Positions 11,218 to 24,899 of a stretch of 64,000 nucleotides of DNA are shown here, one piece after another. The stretch's first letter is position 1; each line of letters opens with the position of its first letter. The notes below the pieces were generated by a model, which saw only the letters and a list, made by a program, of their open reading frames with translations, did not search any database and was not told the origin of the DNA. Source of the stretch: Paraspadella gotoi (taxonomy: Eukaryota > Animalia > Chaetognatha); assembly GCA_051294375.1 (NCBI GenBank), contig CM119270.1, forward strand, positions 2,704,243-2,768,242, written 5' to 3'. Both the position numbers and the translations under genes were made by a program.

Positions 11218-13750
11218 GTGGGACGCGGGGAGGGAGTAGTCAGGAAATTGTTGGCGCACGGGGGGCGTAGCACGACGGAGAAGTTGATGGGCCTCGTTTC
11301 CCCTTTTTCGGCGCGGAAAACAAAAAGGAACTTGGAAGTGTGGATGGTTTTCTTGCTCGAACTAAAAGGGGGAAATCACGGAGTTTTTCCGAATTTAATT
11401 CGTATTTATTTTCCAGATTTTTTTTGTCGCGTTTTAGTTAATGGAAAGTTTTAGATAATAAGGATTTTATAGTTTAATATTGCTTGCGCGCGATGCTAAT
11501 TTCGAAAAAAACATCAACCCTACTCTTCTCTTTGTCCGGTTCGCTCTAGTTTGAAACGTATGGCCTACCGTTTAGTGCGTAGTGTTTTGAAAAAAAAAAA
11601 AACTATATTGTCGTGTTTTTGGAGAAAACCCCAAAAAAGATCCTAGCCAATTTTATTTTATTCAAACGGACAATGGAAAAACTGCCGTCTCTCTAGAAAA
11701 TTGATTGGTCAATGCGTCGTTATGTATTTTACACTCGCCGCGTTTTGTTTTTTTTCCAGTTTCTAAAATATTATCATTATTACGATGGCATAATCTCGAG
11801 TATTTTACGCATATAGATTGAAATATACAGCTTTTTTTAATTAGTATAAAATAAATCGATGTTGTCAGACATGTTATCCTAGCTAAGGTATGCCAAATCG
11901 ATGTAGCTTTTCTTTCTTGATTTACTAATACCAAAATAAAAATTTTTTTTTTGTCGCATTACGTTGCGACACTTTTTTTCTTATCTTCATCCGAAACTAA
12001 AGGATTTTCCCACCGAGAAAGATCCAACTCGCTGTTTTGAGATGTTTATCGTCTAAAATCATATAAAACACGAGAAAATTCGTTCGATGACATTGGTCGA
12101 GATATCCCCCTAGTTGATACTTGAATGGCAGACATATGTGGGATGTATATTAGTTGAACTAAAAGGAATGCTCACGAAACAAGGATTCATTTTTTTTTTT
12201 GCGAGCCCCGGGTTAGAGTTACCGGGGTTACCCCGGTTACTCCGTGTTATAACGTTTTTACCATCAATTTTTATCGCTATTACGAAAATCAATGTTGTCA
12301 CTTTCCGTATACACCGCATGCGAGAGATTTCACCGAACTACGCGCCAACAAGTATACTTCTCGACGACCTCGTGTGGTGTGTATAACCGGCCATCTAAGA
12401 ATGTGATGGACTTTGTATCGCGTCAGTTAATAAAATATTAAAATAAATTATCGGGCGGAAATCAATTTCTTGCCAATCCTTTTTTTTTTTGCTCTGGCAC
12501 TTCATATAATGAACTTTTTTTTGCGATTCCCCTTTTTCGCTCAAGTTTTCCCTTTGGTTAGATTTTTCTGTTTCTCTTTAAACCTAGAACAGTTTTTAGC
12601 AAGTCTAGATTATTAGAAATTTAAGATCCACGTTTCACTATATAAAGATCTGTAGCATATTTACCTTTAAAATTTATTTTATGCTTTCACACTTTGTTTC
12701 AAGATGATGCGCCCGTGATGATGATGTCACTCGAATTCACCACAAACTTTTGTTTTTGTTTTATTATCCCATTAAGAATTGAAGAAGTCAGTGAGCAGAA
12801 TAAGTACTAACTTTAGTATATTATTTATGACCTTCGTCTTTTTTTTTTTTAATAAAGACCCTAATAAAGACATAAGTTATTTAGCGAATTGTTATTTTTC
12901 AGACTTAAGCCGCCAGGATAAACCATATTTAGCATGACTGACGTAATCCTCATATTAATGTAGGAATATAATAATTGTGTGTAGTAAGTCTGAGGCAGGG
13001 GCATCTCATGTCGGACACTCCTATCCTAAATAAGTTTTTAGAAAACCAAATCCAAAGTTAAAGAGATATAATTTAAACTTATGATATATGCAAATGACAT
13101 TACTCAATCTTTTTTCATGCATACATACATCATAAGAATAAGAAGTTGATATTAATTAAAAAGTAAATATCCAAGCTTACCTTGAAGACAACGATTTTCT
13201 ACATCGCCTGCTTTCGATTGTTATGCAACTAATTTTGGGTGGGCAATTAGGGCAGGGCTGCGGCGTTCTTTAAGCGATCCCATTTCCCTGATAAATTGAT
13301 CAGATTTTAGATAAGATTTTGATCTTTTGAATATTCTTTTTAATCTACCCGTCTCCGGAACTCTGATGAGAGAGGGATCGACTTTTTGATCCAACCGTGG
13401 CAATCGCCCCCGCTTTGATTATCTTTCGTCGATTATATTTTTTGTTGCAACGTCATGATAATTATCTCCGATCGGCTCAGCAATTTAAAAGCCACTTTGA
13501 GAAGAAACGCAAAATGAAAAAAATAAGGCGAATGAGATTAGTATTCATTCTGGGAGAGACTGAAAGTTTACCTCGTCAGGATTTCTAGACTCTAGATTAA
13601 TTCTTGAGTTGAGGTTCACAAACAAGTAGGGTTATTCACCTAAACTTAATTTTTCGAAGGAATAACTCTTTGGGGCTGGTCTTTTATTAGCCAAATATTT
13701 TTTTTTAAATATTGAAAATTTAATAGATAATAATTACTAGTTGGAAATGA

Positions 13751-13868
13751 GGGTTATTTTTACTTTCGCCGACCGGGGTTAGGGAGGGGTTAGGGGTAGT
13801 TAGGGTTAAGAGGGTTTAGTGTAAGTTTTTTTTTTAAAAACCGCGGTCGGCGAAAGTAAAATTTAGCC
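13751..13868. mobile_element. 118-bp MITE with ~25-bp TIRs and 8-bp TSD GGAAATGA (Merlin- or hAT-like)
   Basis: Left TIR GGGTTATTTTTACTTTCGCCGACCG; right end reverse-complements to GGCTAAATTTTACTTTCGCCGACCG. GGAAATGA at 13743-13750 and 13869-13876. Interior has TTAGGG-like units. Confidence 0.75.
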
Positions 13869-16166
13869 GGAAATGATATGATCTAATATTTTGTCTAAAA
13901 CAAAAGACTTAGCACAAGTTTTATCGCTTAACATAGTAATTCTGATTTTAAATATTTAAATATTAAATATTGAAAAAAAAAACGAGTATGTTGTGAGTCA
14001 GAAATTTGAATAAGACACGGAGAGCAGTCTAAACGAAAACTATCTTTTTTCGTGGCTTGTCCAAAATGAACATTACTAGACCCTCGAAACTCTGTAACAT
14101 TTCGCCGTGGTTCCCGCAATAAGAACCCCATTGTTCCATAGAGCAATAATTTTATTCGCACGAGCGCCCGGGGCTTTGGCCTATATTATTTCCCTTTTGC
14201 TCCGCTTCCCATTTTCTATTTTTCTTTCTACGATTTCTCGTCCTGGACCAGATAAGTACTCCCTTTCAAAGACGCCACCTCGGTTCTTCTGCTTTCATCT
14301 GGTTAAATAGTTTCCGAGTCTTTGTTCAATTAGAAAAAGATTTTGTTAGTTCCCAATTATTCTATAACTTAAAATCGTGTGTGGGCTTAACGTGATTTTT
14401 TTTTTAAATATAAGCAAAATTGCTTAGAAATTGTTTCTGCAATATAAAAATTATTCACTCATTCAATAAACAAACGCACTTAATTATAATTCTATAAAAA
14501 TTTATTGGAAAGTACATTATACATTGAAAAACTCTGACTTAAGTCACGTTACGTACGTTCTTACGCCAACGCTAATTCCTAACACCGTAGTGGACGACCG
14601 GGAAACCCGAAAAAAAAAAGCACGTGCGAACCGATTTACCTCAACGCGCTGCCCGTACGGACGAGGCTAGAAAGGAAAGAGATCGGGAGAAGAAGAAAAG
14701 GGAGGCAGATTGTCAACCTAGGCCATTGAGGAGGAGGAGGAAGAGGGAAAAGAGGAGGAGGAAGCAGAAGCGAGGAAAGAGAACGAGAGGAGGAAGAGGA
14801 GGAAAACGATTCGGAACGCGGTCTCGAGGAAAGGAGAGGGGGGGAGAGAAAGAGAGAGAAACTAGGAGAGACAGAGAGAGAGATTGAGAGAGCGAAAGAG
14901 GAAAATCGTTTGTTGCTTCCAGCACACATGTTGCCAGCGTCACATGCGCCCTCATACGAAAAAAAAACCCTCGTTTTTATCGATAATGCGTCGCGGCGTC
15001 ACCGGAGGATCGAATCCCAATTTACGTTTACTTTATTTCCTGGACAAAGACGACGCCAGCGACCTCGGGAGTTGTCGAGAGGAGTCGCGGGGACCAAGGT
15101 CCGAAGTTGGCCTCCACCCCGCGTTGGAAGGCCCGGTCGTTGAGCGGGTCGGCGACGAGACGGGACACTGGCCGAAAACCACGAACGCCCCTTCGACAAC
15201 ACTGTCGGCTGTGAAACTTCTGCGCGCGCCTGCGTTATTAGCGTATTTCTTTCAATCTCTTCTCTAGAAAATGAATCGTCTTGCTTAGGTAAGGAGTGGA
15301 TATCAAAAAGCAAAAATTTTTCCTTGATAATTTCATAGTGTTAATATGAATGATAACTGCTAATGCTTTAAATTTAAAAAATCGTTTATAAAATGAAAAA
15401 AAGAGTCAAATGCGCAGTTTTTAGCGAAAGATACTGAAGAATACCTTGATAATTGTAATTGTCTCCTTTGTTTTGCTCGGAATTAACTCAACTTACCAGT
15501 TCTACACTTAATAAAAACATATTTTTATCGCACGAAAAACTACTATTACCTTTTTATTACTACCAATACTTTTTTCAAAGTCTATGGCTCAATGTCTCGC
15601 TTCGCCAACCGCCGTTTTAATCTCACCGCTCGTTCTCCGCCTACCCCCCCCTCTCCCGCGCAGGTCGAGTCGCTCTTGACTTCATAAAGAGACGGCAAGG
15701 AACCAACCTTATTCTCCCACCTCCTTCCTCTCCCCCTTCACGGTTCCACCCACGATTTTTTCAATAAAACTCTTGGCCGAGCGTCATGACGTGGAATCTT
15801 CGATGTCGATGATGACGCCCTCGGACTTGAAACGGTGAAACAGGGCGCACCTCCTCTCTTTTCCGCCTCACGTCGCAAAAAAGGCCGACGATATGATTGC
15901 GCGGGCGTCGTTTTTAGAAGAAAGGCCTGACACGCCCCCGCACGAGAGCGTGATGTGATTGCTTGATAAATGTCATCGCTTTCACTTTGCGCCTTTCTCT
16001 TCGTCCTCGTGTACCTTTTTTTATGAGAATAAGGATCGTTTTTCGTATGATCGCAACCTTCGATCCATTTTTCTATCCGAGTCTCCAAAACCTAAAAAAA
16101 AGCGGTGGCCAATCTGTCTAGCGTCACGGCTGAAAGACAGTCACCCTGTTCAACAAACTCAATTCG

Positions 16167-19100
16167 ATGTTGAGCTTCCCCGCCTCCATGCCGCCGCTGA
16201 CGACGGGGCTCAACAAGATGATGGCACCGGGAGGCGGTGGCGGCGGCGTAGGAAGCGACGGCAGAGGCGGCGGTACCGCCACGTCCACCTCGGCGGCGCC
16301 CGCTGCGAACAACGTCGCGGCGTCGTCCCGAGGGGTGGGAGCGTCCAACTCTGCGTCGGCGCGCGGCGGCAACGCTGATCTGCCGGATCTTAGTCATCTC
16401 ACCGACGAGGAGAGGAAAATTATAGAATCCGTGATGGAGCGACAGAGGAACGAGGAACAGAGGGATCAAGAGGTACAGTGCGGATTCGTGGGGTCTGGAG
16501 GGACAAAAGCAAGTTGGTTGTTTGATTGTTTGATTGGTTGGTTATTGTAAAATTATTTTAATTTTACGTTTAAATCTGACCTTGTTCCCACCTAGTAGTA
16601 ATTTGGGAAGAACAATTCTGTAGTCACTTTAATTTCTAATCGTTTCTTTACCGCCTTATTCTCCGTTTTCTCAAAATGTCAATTTTCTAATTTTTGTTAT
16701 TTTCTTTTCATGTGTATTAAAAACTCGGCTCTTCTTTATTGATTCCTAACGGAACTGTTTGGTAAATAACGTGTTATAGAGCGTTTAATTGAAGGTTTTT
16801 AACTGTCAACCGCTTTCAAAATCGAATGAAAGACGCTAGTTAATTTCAATGATTTTTGGTTCGCATTTTATGCAACCGAAGAGACACAAGTATTTAAAAC
16901 TTTGTTGACTTGAAATTATCGATTAAGTGCACGTTATTAAACGAACCGGTAATAAACTTATAAAGCTAGTCGCTAACACGATACGTAATTAAAACGCGAG
17001 AAAAATCTCACGGAGCTTTTAATCTTCTTGCTTTCTAATCGTAACTTTTATCGGTCAAAATTTTCTTTTGTCGACTCATTTCTCTGCTCTCTCAAGGATT
17101 CACAAGAGAATCACTCGTCAGTGAACGTTTGTGTCGTTGTGACTAACTTGCATGTGATTAAAAACAAAAAAAAAAGTTCAAGAGAAATTCACGGAACTGA
17201 AAGATCTAACGTGCTTTTCGTTAATTTAGCTAATATTAATTTAGTTAATGTAGCTATAAAGTCACTAAGAAGAGAGAAATGTCTCATAAAATACAAAATA
17301 AAAATAAAGAATCACATTGCTTAACGTTATCATACTCCGATTCTCATACTGACATTCGCCAAACCTCTTTTTTTTTTTACTCTTGTCTCTACTTTTCTCA
17401 ACCCTTTCCACTTAGGCCACCACCAGGACGCCCCGAACTCGCTCTGAGCCTTTCGACGACCGCTCCAACCATCCCAACCTCCCAAGTCACTCGCTTCCTT
17501 CTCACTCTCCCTCCTCATCCGCCTCCAACCCGACCGCGCATCATCCTACATCAGCCTGCGACATCTGCGGAGGCGGCCCACCCCAAGAGCCCGGTCCGCT
17601 GCGGGTCTGCACCGAATGCGGTTTGAAGACTTGTAAGAGGTGCGGCGGTCCCGCCGTCCGGCCGAGCGGTAAACCGGAGTGGGTCTGCGACCTTTGCCAT
17701 CAAAAAATGATCCAACAACAACAGCAGCAACCCCAACCTGGTCAGTGGTACCCGGGAGAGAACTTACCCCCAACCAATGACAGCAATAGCGACGCCGCTC
17801 TTAATTCCTTCAACAATGGCGCCCTCACAGAAACGCTGGCGCCGCCGCCGCAGATCGGCCGTCTGGGCGGCTCCCTCGACGAACAGTTGGATCCGCCGCT
17901 GTTCGACGATGCCGGCGGCACCCTGATCGGCGCTCACGTGCCCGCAGACGACGGCCGTGTGCCCTCCCGGCCGGGCGGCGGCGGACTCCCGCCCCCAATG
18001 GGCCACCACCGCCCACGCGGCCGGGGCGGCCGCGGAGGACGCCCGCCGATGCGGCAGCACTCGGCGGAAAGCCTCGTCAGAGGAGGGGAAGACGGACTTG
18101 GTCCGCCGCACAGAGGGAGGGGCCCCCCGCCCCACGGCGCGTCGCGAGAGCTTAAGAGACAATATTCGCTCAGCGATGTCGCCAACCGCGAGCAGCAGCC
18201 GCCTCTGCAGCCGCAGCAGCAGCCCCCGCCGGGGAGCCAGCAGCGGCCAGGCAGCGCCGGCGGCCAGCACCACCGAGACGCGGGCGAGGGCCGGCCCAAC
18301 GGGCCCCCTCCTCCCTCCGCGGGCAGGCGAAGGACCCCTTCCTCCGACGGGGCGATGCGACAATCACCCCATCCAATGATCGGCCCGGACGGGAAGCCGA
18401 TGCGGCGACGGGATCCTTCGAGAGAACGGCGCCGCCCGTCTCTCTCCGACCCCAACAACCCAGATGGCGCGGACGGCGACCCGAGCAACGTCGGCGTCGG
18501 TGGGCCCGAGGGGGGTCGGCGGAGAGGACCGCCCCCGCCCTTTGGCCCGCGCGGGCCGCCGCCGTTCGGGCCGCCACCGCCGAGGCGGGGTGGGCGCGGC
18601 GGGATGCGGCCGCGATTTCCGCCTGTAGATCCCTCGGATCCTCGGGCGCCGCCTCCGCCGCCGGGGAGCAGGATGATGTTTCGCGGCGGATTCGATCCTT
18701 ATGGAGACGGGAAGGGATCGATGGGCATGGACTATGGGCCTCCCTACTATCCGATGGGAAAGTCAGGTATGCATTACACGTGCTTTAGCTTTAGAGAGAA
18801 GTAAATCAAAGATTGAGGCGACTTTTGTCTTCTACATGATGATATTCTATATTGAGTATTGAGACAATAATTGACTCTGTCTCTCTTTCTTTCTCTCTCT
18901 TTCTTTCTCTCTCTATTCCCTAGGTCCCAAGACCCTTAATCATCGCCGCAAACTGGACATGCTCCGCAACGACTCTCTCTCCTCCGACCCTTCGGAGATC
19001 ATGGGTCGGCCGCCTCCGCCGCGCCCGCACAAGCATCGCAAAGGCGCCGCCGCGGGGCAGAAGAAGCCGCGTCAACAGTCCTTGTCCTCATCCGACGACG

Positions 19101-20616
19101 AAGTCAAATCTGCGCCCGATTATACCTCCGCCGACGAACAGGTGGGGGATGTTGCTTTCGCTGTTCAAGTTGGTTGGTGACAAAGCTAAGTTTCATTGTT
19201 TGCTCTAATGATTATTTTGTATTGAGTTTTTAAATTTTTTTTTCATGCAATGAAAGTTGCGGTTGAAATACGCAAATTTTATTTTAAATCCATAGCTAAA
19301 CACAAATAAATATGAAATTATGAATATTAATTGCTCGAAATTTTTTTTTTTTTTTTCGCTCAGAGCTTTTTAACCATCCTATTACTATATGGTGCTATGG
19401 CAACCGCATCTCTTCTCTCTTAAGAACCTCAACTCTTTTTTTCAATGGCTTGCTACCTTTTCATTTTCAACTTCCCCCTTAGGAGATAGAGAGCGAGAGC
19501 ATCATCAGCGAGAAAGGCGACGCTGACGGACGGGACGACGCCTGGCGGAAAGACGAAATCCTCGCAGCGAAAATCAAAAAGTTTCTGGCGCATCCGGTGA
19601 CGTGGCAACCCTCGGCCGACGATCTCTACCTCATCGGCCACATGATCCTCAAGAAGTTCCAGGAGAACGGGAAGGACTCCTCCGCCATCTTGGGGCTCAA
19701 GGTGATCGCGGGGCAGGTGTGGAGGTTTTCGAGAAAAACGCAGCCGAGGGTTTCTTCATCGCTATCGTTCGTTCTTCACTGTGACGAGTGTGACATGGTG
19801 TATGACTCAATCTTCTAAGCATCAACGGATTAGACCTATCGACGGACTTGGTTGGCCTAGTGATGTGATAGCTCGCCTCCTTCTCAAGTCATCAGAAAAC
19901 TGACGATTCATAGACCCGACGTCAATCTTAGACTGACAGAGGAACCGACGGAGGGATTAACAGTCGGAATAGCTAATTATTTGAAGAAAAGTTATTTTTT
20001 GAGTAAGGATGTTGAGGAGAGTGCCGAAAGTTCCCTTAGATATTCCGACCGTCGATCCCTCTGTTGGTCATTGGTCAATCTAAGGTTGACGTCGCGTCTG
20101 TGATTTGTTGGTTCTCTAATAATTTGTGAAGGAGGCGAGTTATCACATCACGAGGCCAACCAAGTCCGTCGATAGGTCTATTCCGTTGATGGCATAAAGA
20201 ATTGACAGTTTCTTACGTTTCAAATGATAGTCGATTAAGAGCAAGAAAATCACTAAGCTAATTGGGTTCATAAAATATTTGAGAAAATATCAAGAATGAT
20301 TAAGCTCCTCTATTTTTTGTGTAAAACATTCTCGCATTTCTTATTGTTTTACCTGTGATTTACTCATTTATCAGTTGCAATTTTATCATTGAGCCGGTAA
20401 TAAACTCGTAACTATATTAACAGGTCGTGGGTGGGAAAATGACTGACAGCGGAAAACTCGGCGCATTCATCACCAAAGTGAAGAAGGGCAGCATGGCCGA
20501 CACTGTCGGGCATCTCCGCCCGGGAGACCAAGTGTTGGAGTGGAACGGGCGCTCCCTTGAAGGCGCCACTTTCGAAGAGGTCTACGACATTATATCCGAA
20601 TCAAAGCAGGTCAATG

Positions 20617-20687
<71 letters not shown>

Positions 20688-21999
20688 AAAATACTAATAA
20701 ATAAATAAATAAATATCTTTAACTCCATCATTTCTCCTCTTTCTTCCCGCCATTTTAGGAACCCCAAGTGGAGTTGATCGTCAAACGGAGCCGCAGCGAC
20801 GTCGGGACCGACGGAGCCGCCATCTCCAAAGGAGTCTACGACGGGTCGACGACGCCGCTGCCGCCCGCCGCCGTTTCCGCCGTCGCCGCCTCTTATCCGC
20901 CTCGACCCTCAGTGACTCTTACCTCGCCCAACCAGTCGGTCACCATGAGCCTGCATCAGGTCGGGAAAATATCTAGGTCGTTCATGTCCGTTGTGTTCGG
21001 TTTTTGTTTTGGTTTTTTTTTAGTTTTCACTTGTATTTGTAGTTTTAACATGTGTTTTTATTTATATTGCCTTAAGGTACATATGCTTATTTACAGATAC
21101 ATTCAGGCCTATACAGTAAAAGAACATGATGATGTAATCTAAGGCTTAATGATTAATTATAATTAATAATGGTCACCCCTAGCCTGTTATACATAAACAT
21201 TGAGAAGCAACTGTTTTTCTTGTATCGTTTCCAAACTAACTTTCCCATTTTCTGTAATGTTTCTCGCTTTGCTTTGAAATATTTTCTGTAATGTTTATTT
21301 TTCAATCCCTTAAATTCTAGGGATACGAATTTTCTCTCATCTCTTTTCTTTCAATTTCCAATGATAATCTCGACCAATTCTCCAAACCGTTCAAGGGCGC
21401 CGCCTCCTCCTCTTCCTCCTCCATTGGCGGGCGAATTCAAATCAAACTCGGCTACGACGCAAGTGCCTGTCACCTGATCGTCTGCGTGCTTTCGGCGATG
21501 GAGCTCCCGCCGCCGAAGCGCGACCATCGCCTGCAGCGCAGCGCCTACTGCTGCCTCTACCTGCTGCCGGATCGATCGGCGGATCGCGGGCTCCGTCGGA
21601 CCAAGATCGTCCCGTCCTCCAACGAACCCAAATGGAATCAAACGTTCACGTTTTCCGGCGTCGCCAAGGCGGACTTCGCCCACCGAGCCTTGGAGATCTC
21701 GGCTTGGGACTCGGACCGGTTCGCCGCCGACGAGTTTATCGGCGAGGTCGTCATCGATCTCGCCAGCGTGCCGCTCGACGACGAAGCCCAATGGTATCTG
21801 CTGACCAACCACGCCCACTCGGGCGGGAAAGGGGTACCGCCTGGACAGCAGGGTCATCAGGAGATGGTGGGAACGATGACGCAAACGACGATGCAGCAGC
21901 AACAACAGCATCCGCATCAGCTGCAGCATCAACACGGGATGACGCAGCATTTACCGGCGTCGTCGGCGATGGGGCAGCCGATGACCTCGATGCGGACGG

Positions 22000-22032
<33 letters not shown>

Positions 22033-22192
22033 GAGGCGCCGACGGATTCGGAGTCGATGGAGTCGACGGGGTGATGGGAGGGAAGCCGGAGCTCGGGGCG
22101 GAGGCGTCTTATGGGCCAGGTAAGGGTCAATGGGGGATAGATAAAAGATGAAGAAATTGACCATTTTTGTGTCCGACATGGACCACTTGACA

Positions 22193-22268
<76 letters not shown>

Positions 22269-24899
22269 ATTTCATTAATGACCCTTTTTCAATCCCTTTC
22301 CCCCCCTAGCCAACCACGCCACCCACGCCCGCCCCAACCACCGTTCCCCATCTCAACCCGCCCTCACCGATGCCCACGTTCCCCGTGACCGAACGCGCAG
22401 CCCAGCGCCACGGAGTCAGCGCGGCGGTGGCGCCTCTCGCTCCCTCTCCCCTCCTCCCTTCCGCGGCCGCGAAAACGTCTGGGGCGTAAGAGGCGGACCG
22501 GGCGGCGGACCGAGCGGCGGTCAAGGCGGTCCGCCTCCTCGACCCGAATCGTCCTCGGCCTTGAACGCTTCGCCCAAAAAGCGTCAGCTGCCTCAGATTC
22601 CCGGATACATGAACGCCGTCGCCGGCGGCGCCCGCGGCAGCCCCGGCGGCAGCGCCAACGACGCCATGGCCTCCGCGGTCGGCGGTCGTCTCGGTCGCCG
22701 TCGCTACGGTTCCTCCGCCTTCGGTAACCACTCTGGCTACGGAGGATCGCGGGCCATGAGCGACAGTCACCTCGGCGGCGGACGAGACCGCTACCCACAC
22801 CTCCACCCTCACCATCCCCACGAATACCACGATCCCGCCGTCGACTCGGACGCCTCCGAAACCTCGGAACTCTCCGCCATCTCCAAGACCTCCAGCCTCG
22901 CTTCCACGCAGTCCGAACGACCGACCCGATCCTACCGGGACTTTCACGATCGGATGTACGGACAGATGCCGCAGCAGCAGCAGCCGGCGGCGCGGCGGCA
23001 CACGTACGCGCATCGGACGCAGATGATGATGGCGGCGGGAGAGACGTTCGAGGGAGAGCAGCAGGACGGGAGCATCTCGGACTCGGCGCTGCCTGGAGTC
23101 ACATTCGCCAAGCACAACCCGACCAGGAGGAGTCACAGGTGGGGGAGAAGCGTGATTGGTTGGAGGGATTGTCTTCTTTTGCGTTTAAATGTAAGGCAAT
23201 TATGGACCCGAGTTTCATTGTCATTTGTCTCTTTACTGCTATTGTTTTTAACAAAAAACCATAAAAAAAGTTTAAATTGTGTTGCTGAATCACAATTTAA
23301 ACTTTTCTTATGTCCCAAACGCAACGAAAAAGAAAGGAAATTATAACAATGTCTAACAAAAAACCAAAAACATTTTTAAACAACGAAATTCAAAGAAAAG
23401 GTTAAGTTTAGGAAATGGCTTACGATGGCTTACTTACAGCTAACAGGTGTTTCATCTTTCTACTCTTTTGAATTTTAAAAATTAAACGTAAGTTTTTCAA
23501 ATTCAGGAAACATGAAGAATTAAATAATATGAACTAATTTGTACTATTTTGTACTAAACGCTTCTACTTTAAAACAGATTCCCCTCTTCCGGTCGATCCT
23601 CCCGGGGCGCCACCTTCCGCGGCGGCGCCGCCGAGGACGGCGAGTTCCGCAGCGGCTCGTCCACGCGGGGCCGCCTCGGCCGCGCCGGTTCCTACGAGGC
23701 CGGCAGCATGACGAGCCTCAGCTCGGAGTGCAGCAGCATGATGTTCCCCGTCGGCGCCGACGCGCTCTCCTCCGCATCGGCAGCGTCGGCAGGATCGGCG
23801 ACGTCGGCGGGTCTCGGCGACTTCGTCGAGGGTCTTGGCCCCGGACAGATCGTCGGCCGCAACATCCTCGGCGCTTCCTGCATCGGGGAGATTCAACTCT
23901 CCATGAGCGTCAAGCGCGCCTCCTTCGAAGTGGAGGTGGTGCGCGCCAGGGGGTTGCGGCAACCGCGCCCGGGGTCCAAGACGCTGCCGGCGCCTTACGT
24001 CAAGGTGAAATGTCTCGAATCAATGGAGAGATGGATAACGTTACAATCGCTTATGTACTTCTTATTCGATGCAAATTGGTTCGTCTTATTATTTTCAAAC
24101 AGTAAATTAATCAGTTATGAGACTAGATATTTTTTAATTATCAATTTTAATTTTTGAGACTAGATTTTTTTTATATTAATACCAAAAAAAAAGGTACATT
24201 TCCACCAAACCAATTTTACCTTGACTTATCTAAAATTGCTTTATAAATTCCAAACGCTCGTCGACTCAGGTGTACCTCATGGAAGGAAAGTCCGTCTACG
24301 AAAAACACAAGACGAAGCTTTCCTCTCGAAAGACTTTGGATCCTCTCTATCAACAGGCACTCACCTTCAACGAACCTTACCGCGGAAAGATCCTACAGGT
24401 GATGGTCGATCCTATCCTTGTGGAAGGTGTGAAATAACCGAAATTCTACAATATGCAAATTAGATTAAGTTTCTCAGACTCATCTTGTTTGAAGATCTGT
24501 TCGTGAGTGGTAATCCAACTCTTGGGATCTTTATTTTTTATGTTTTTTCTGTCGCTTTTCAATCAATCTCTACTTAGAATTCACCATGTTTCCCACCTTT
24601 CCCCCCCCACCATAAACCAGGTCTCCATCTGGGGCGATTTCAGCCGCATCGACCGCAAAGTCTTCATGGGCGTGGCGCAGATTCGCCTCGACGATCTCGA
24701 CTTGAGCAACATCGTCATCGGTTGGTACAAACTCTTCACCGTCGCGTCTCTCGTCACGACGGGCGCTTCGTCGACGCCCGGCGGCGTCGGGGTCGGCGCG
24801 AGCGGCGGCGGCGTCAACGGTCTCGCGTCGTCGACGGGCCCATCGAGGGGCGCGTCCATGTCGTCGCTGGACTCTGCCTACAGCGGCTCGAGGTCGTGA
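16167..24899 (+). CDS. RIM: Rab3-interacting molecule (RIM/UNC-10), presynaptic active-zone scaffold, 11 coding exons, ~1620 aa
   Basis: Exons 16167-16472, 17416-18766, 18924-19141, 19483-19701, 20424-20609, 20759-20959, 21396-22119, 22310-23138, 23578-24004, 24270-24398, 24621-24899. Rab-binding helix PDLSHLTDEERKII; 8-Cys Zn finger; LRNDSLSSD; HPVTWQPS; PDZ (LGLKVVGGKM..AFITKVKKGS); C2A; RIM-BP motif KRQLPQIP; C2B (LGDFVEGLGPGQIVGR..IVIGWYKLF). Confidence 0.95.
19820..20191. mobile_element. ~370-bp fold-back MITE in RIM intron 4
   Basis: Inverted arms of ~150 bp (CATCAACGGATTAGACCTATCGACGGACTTGGTTGGCC... / ...GGCCAACCAAGTCCGTCGATAGGTCTATTCCGTTGATG). No TSD identified. Confidence 0.75.
20616..20690. 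repeat. (GAAA)n microsatellite
   Basis: Direct reading. Confidence 0.95.
22193..22265. repeat. (CT)n microsatellite
   Basis: Direct reading. Confidence 0.95.

Noticed and set aside
13363-13395. CTGATGA followed by a small hairpin (hammerhead-like)
   Set aside because: No GAAA box after the stem.
13775-13820. TTAGGG units as an interstitial telomere or fusion site
   Set aside because: Only a few degenerate units, enclosed within a TIR/TSD-bounded MITE.
17764-23136. Long antisense and alternative-frame ORFs over RIM exons
   Set aside because: Expected shadows of very GC-rich coding exons.
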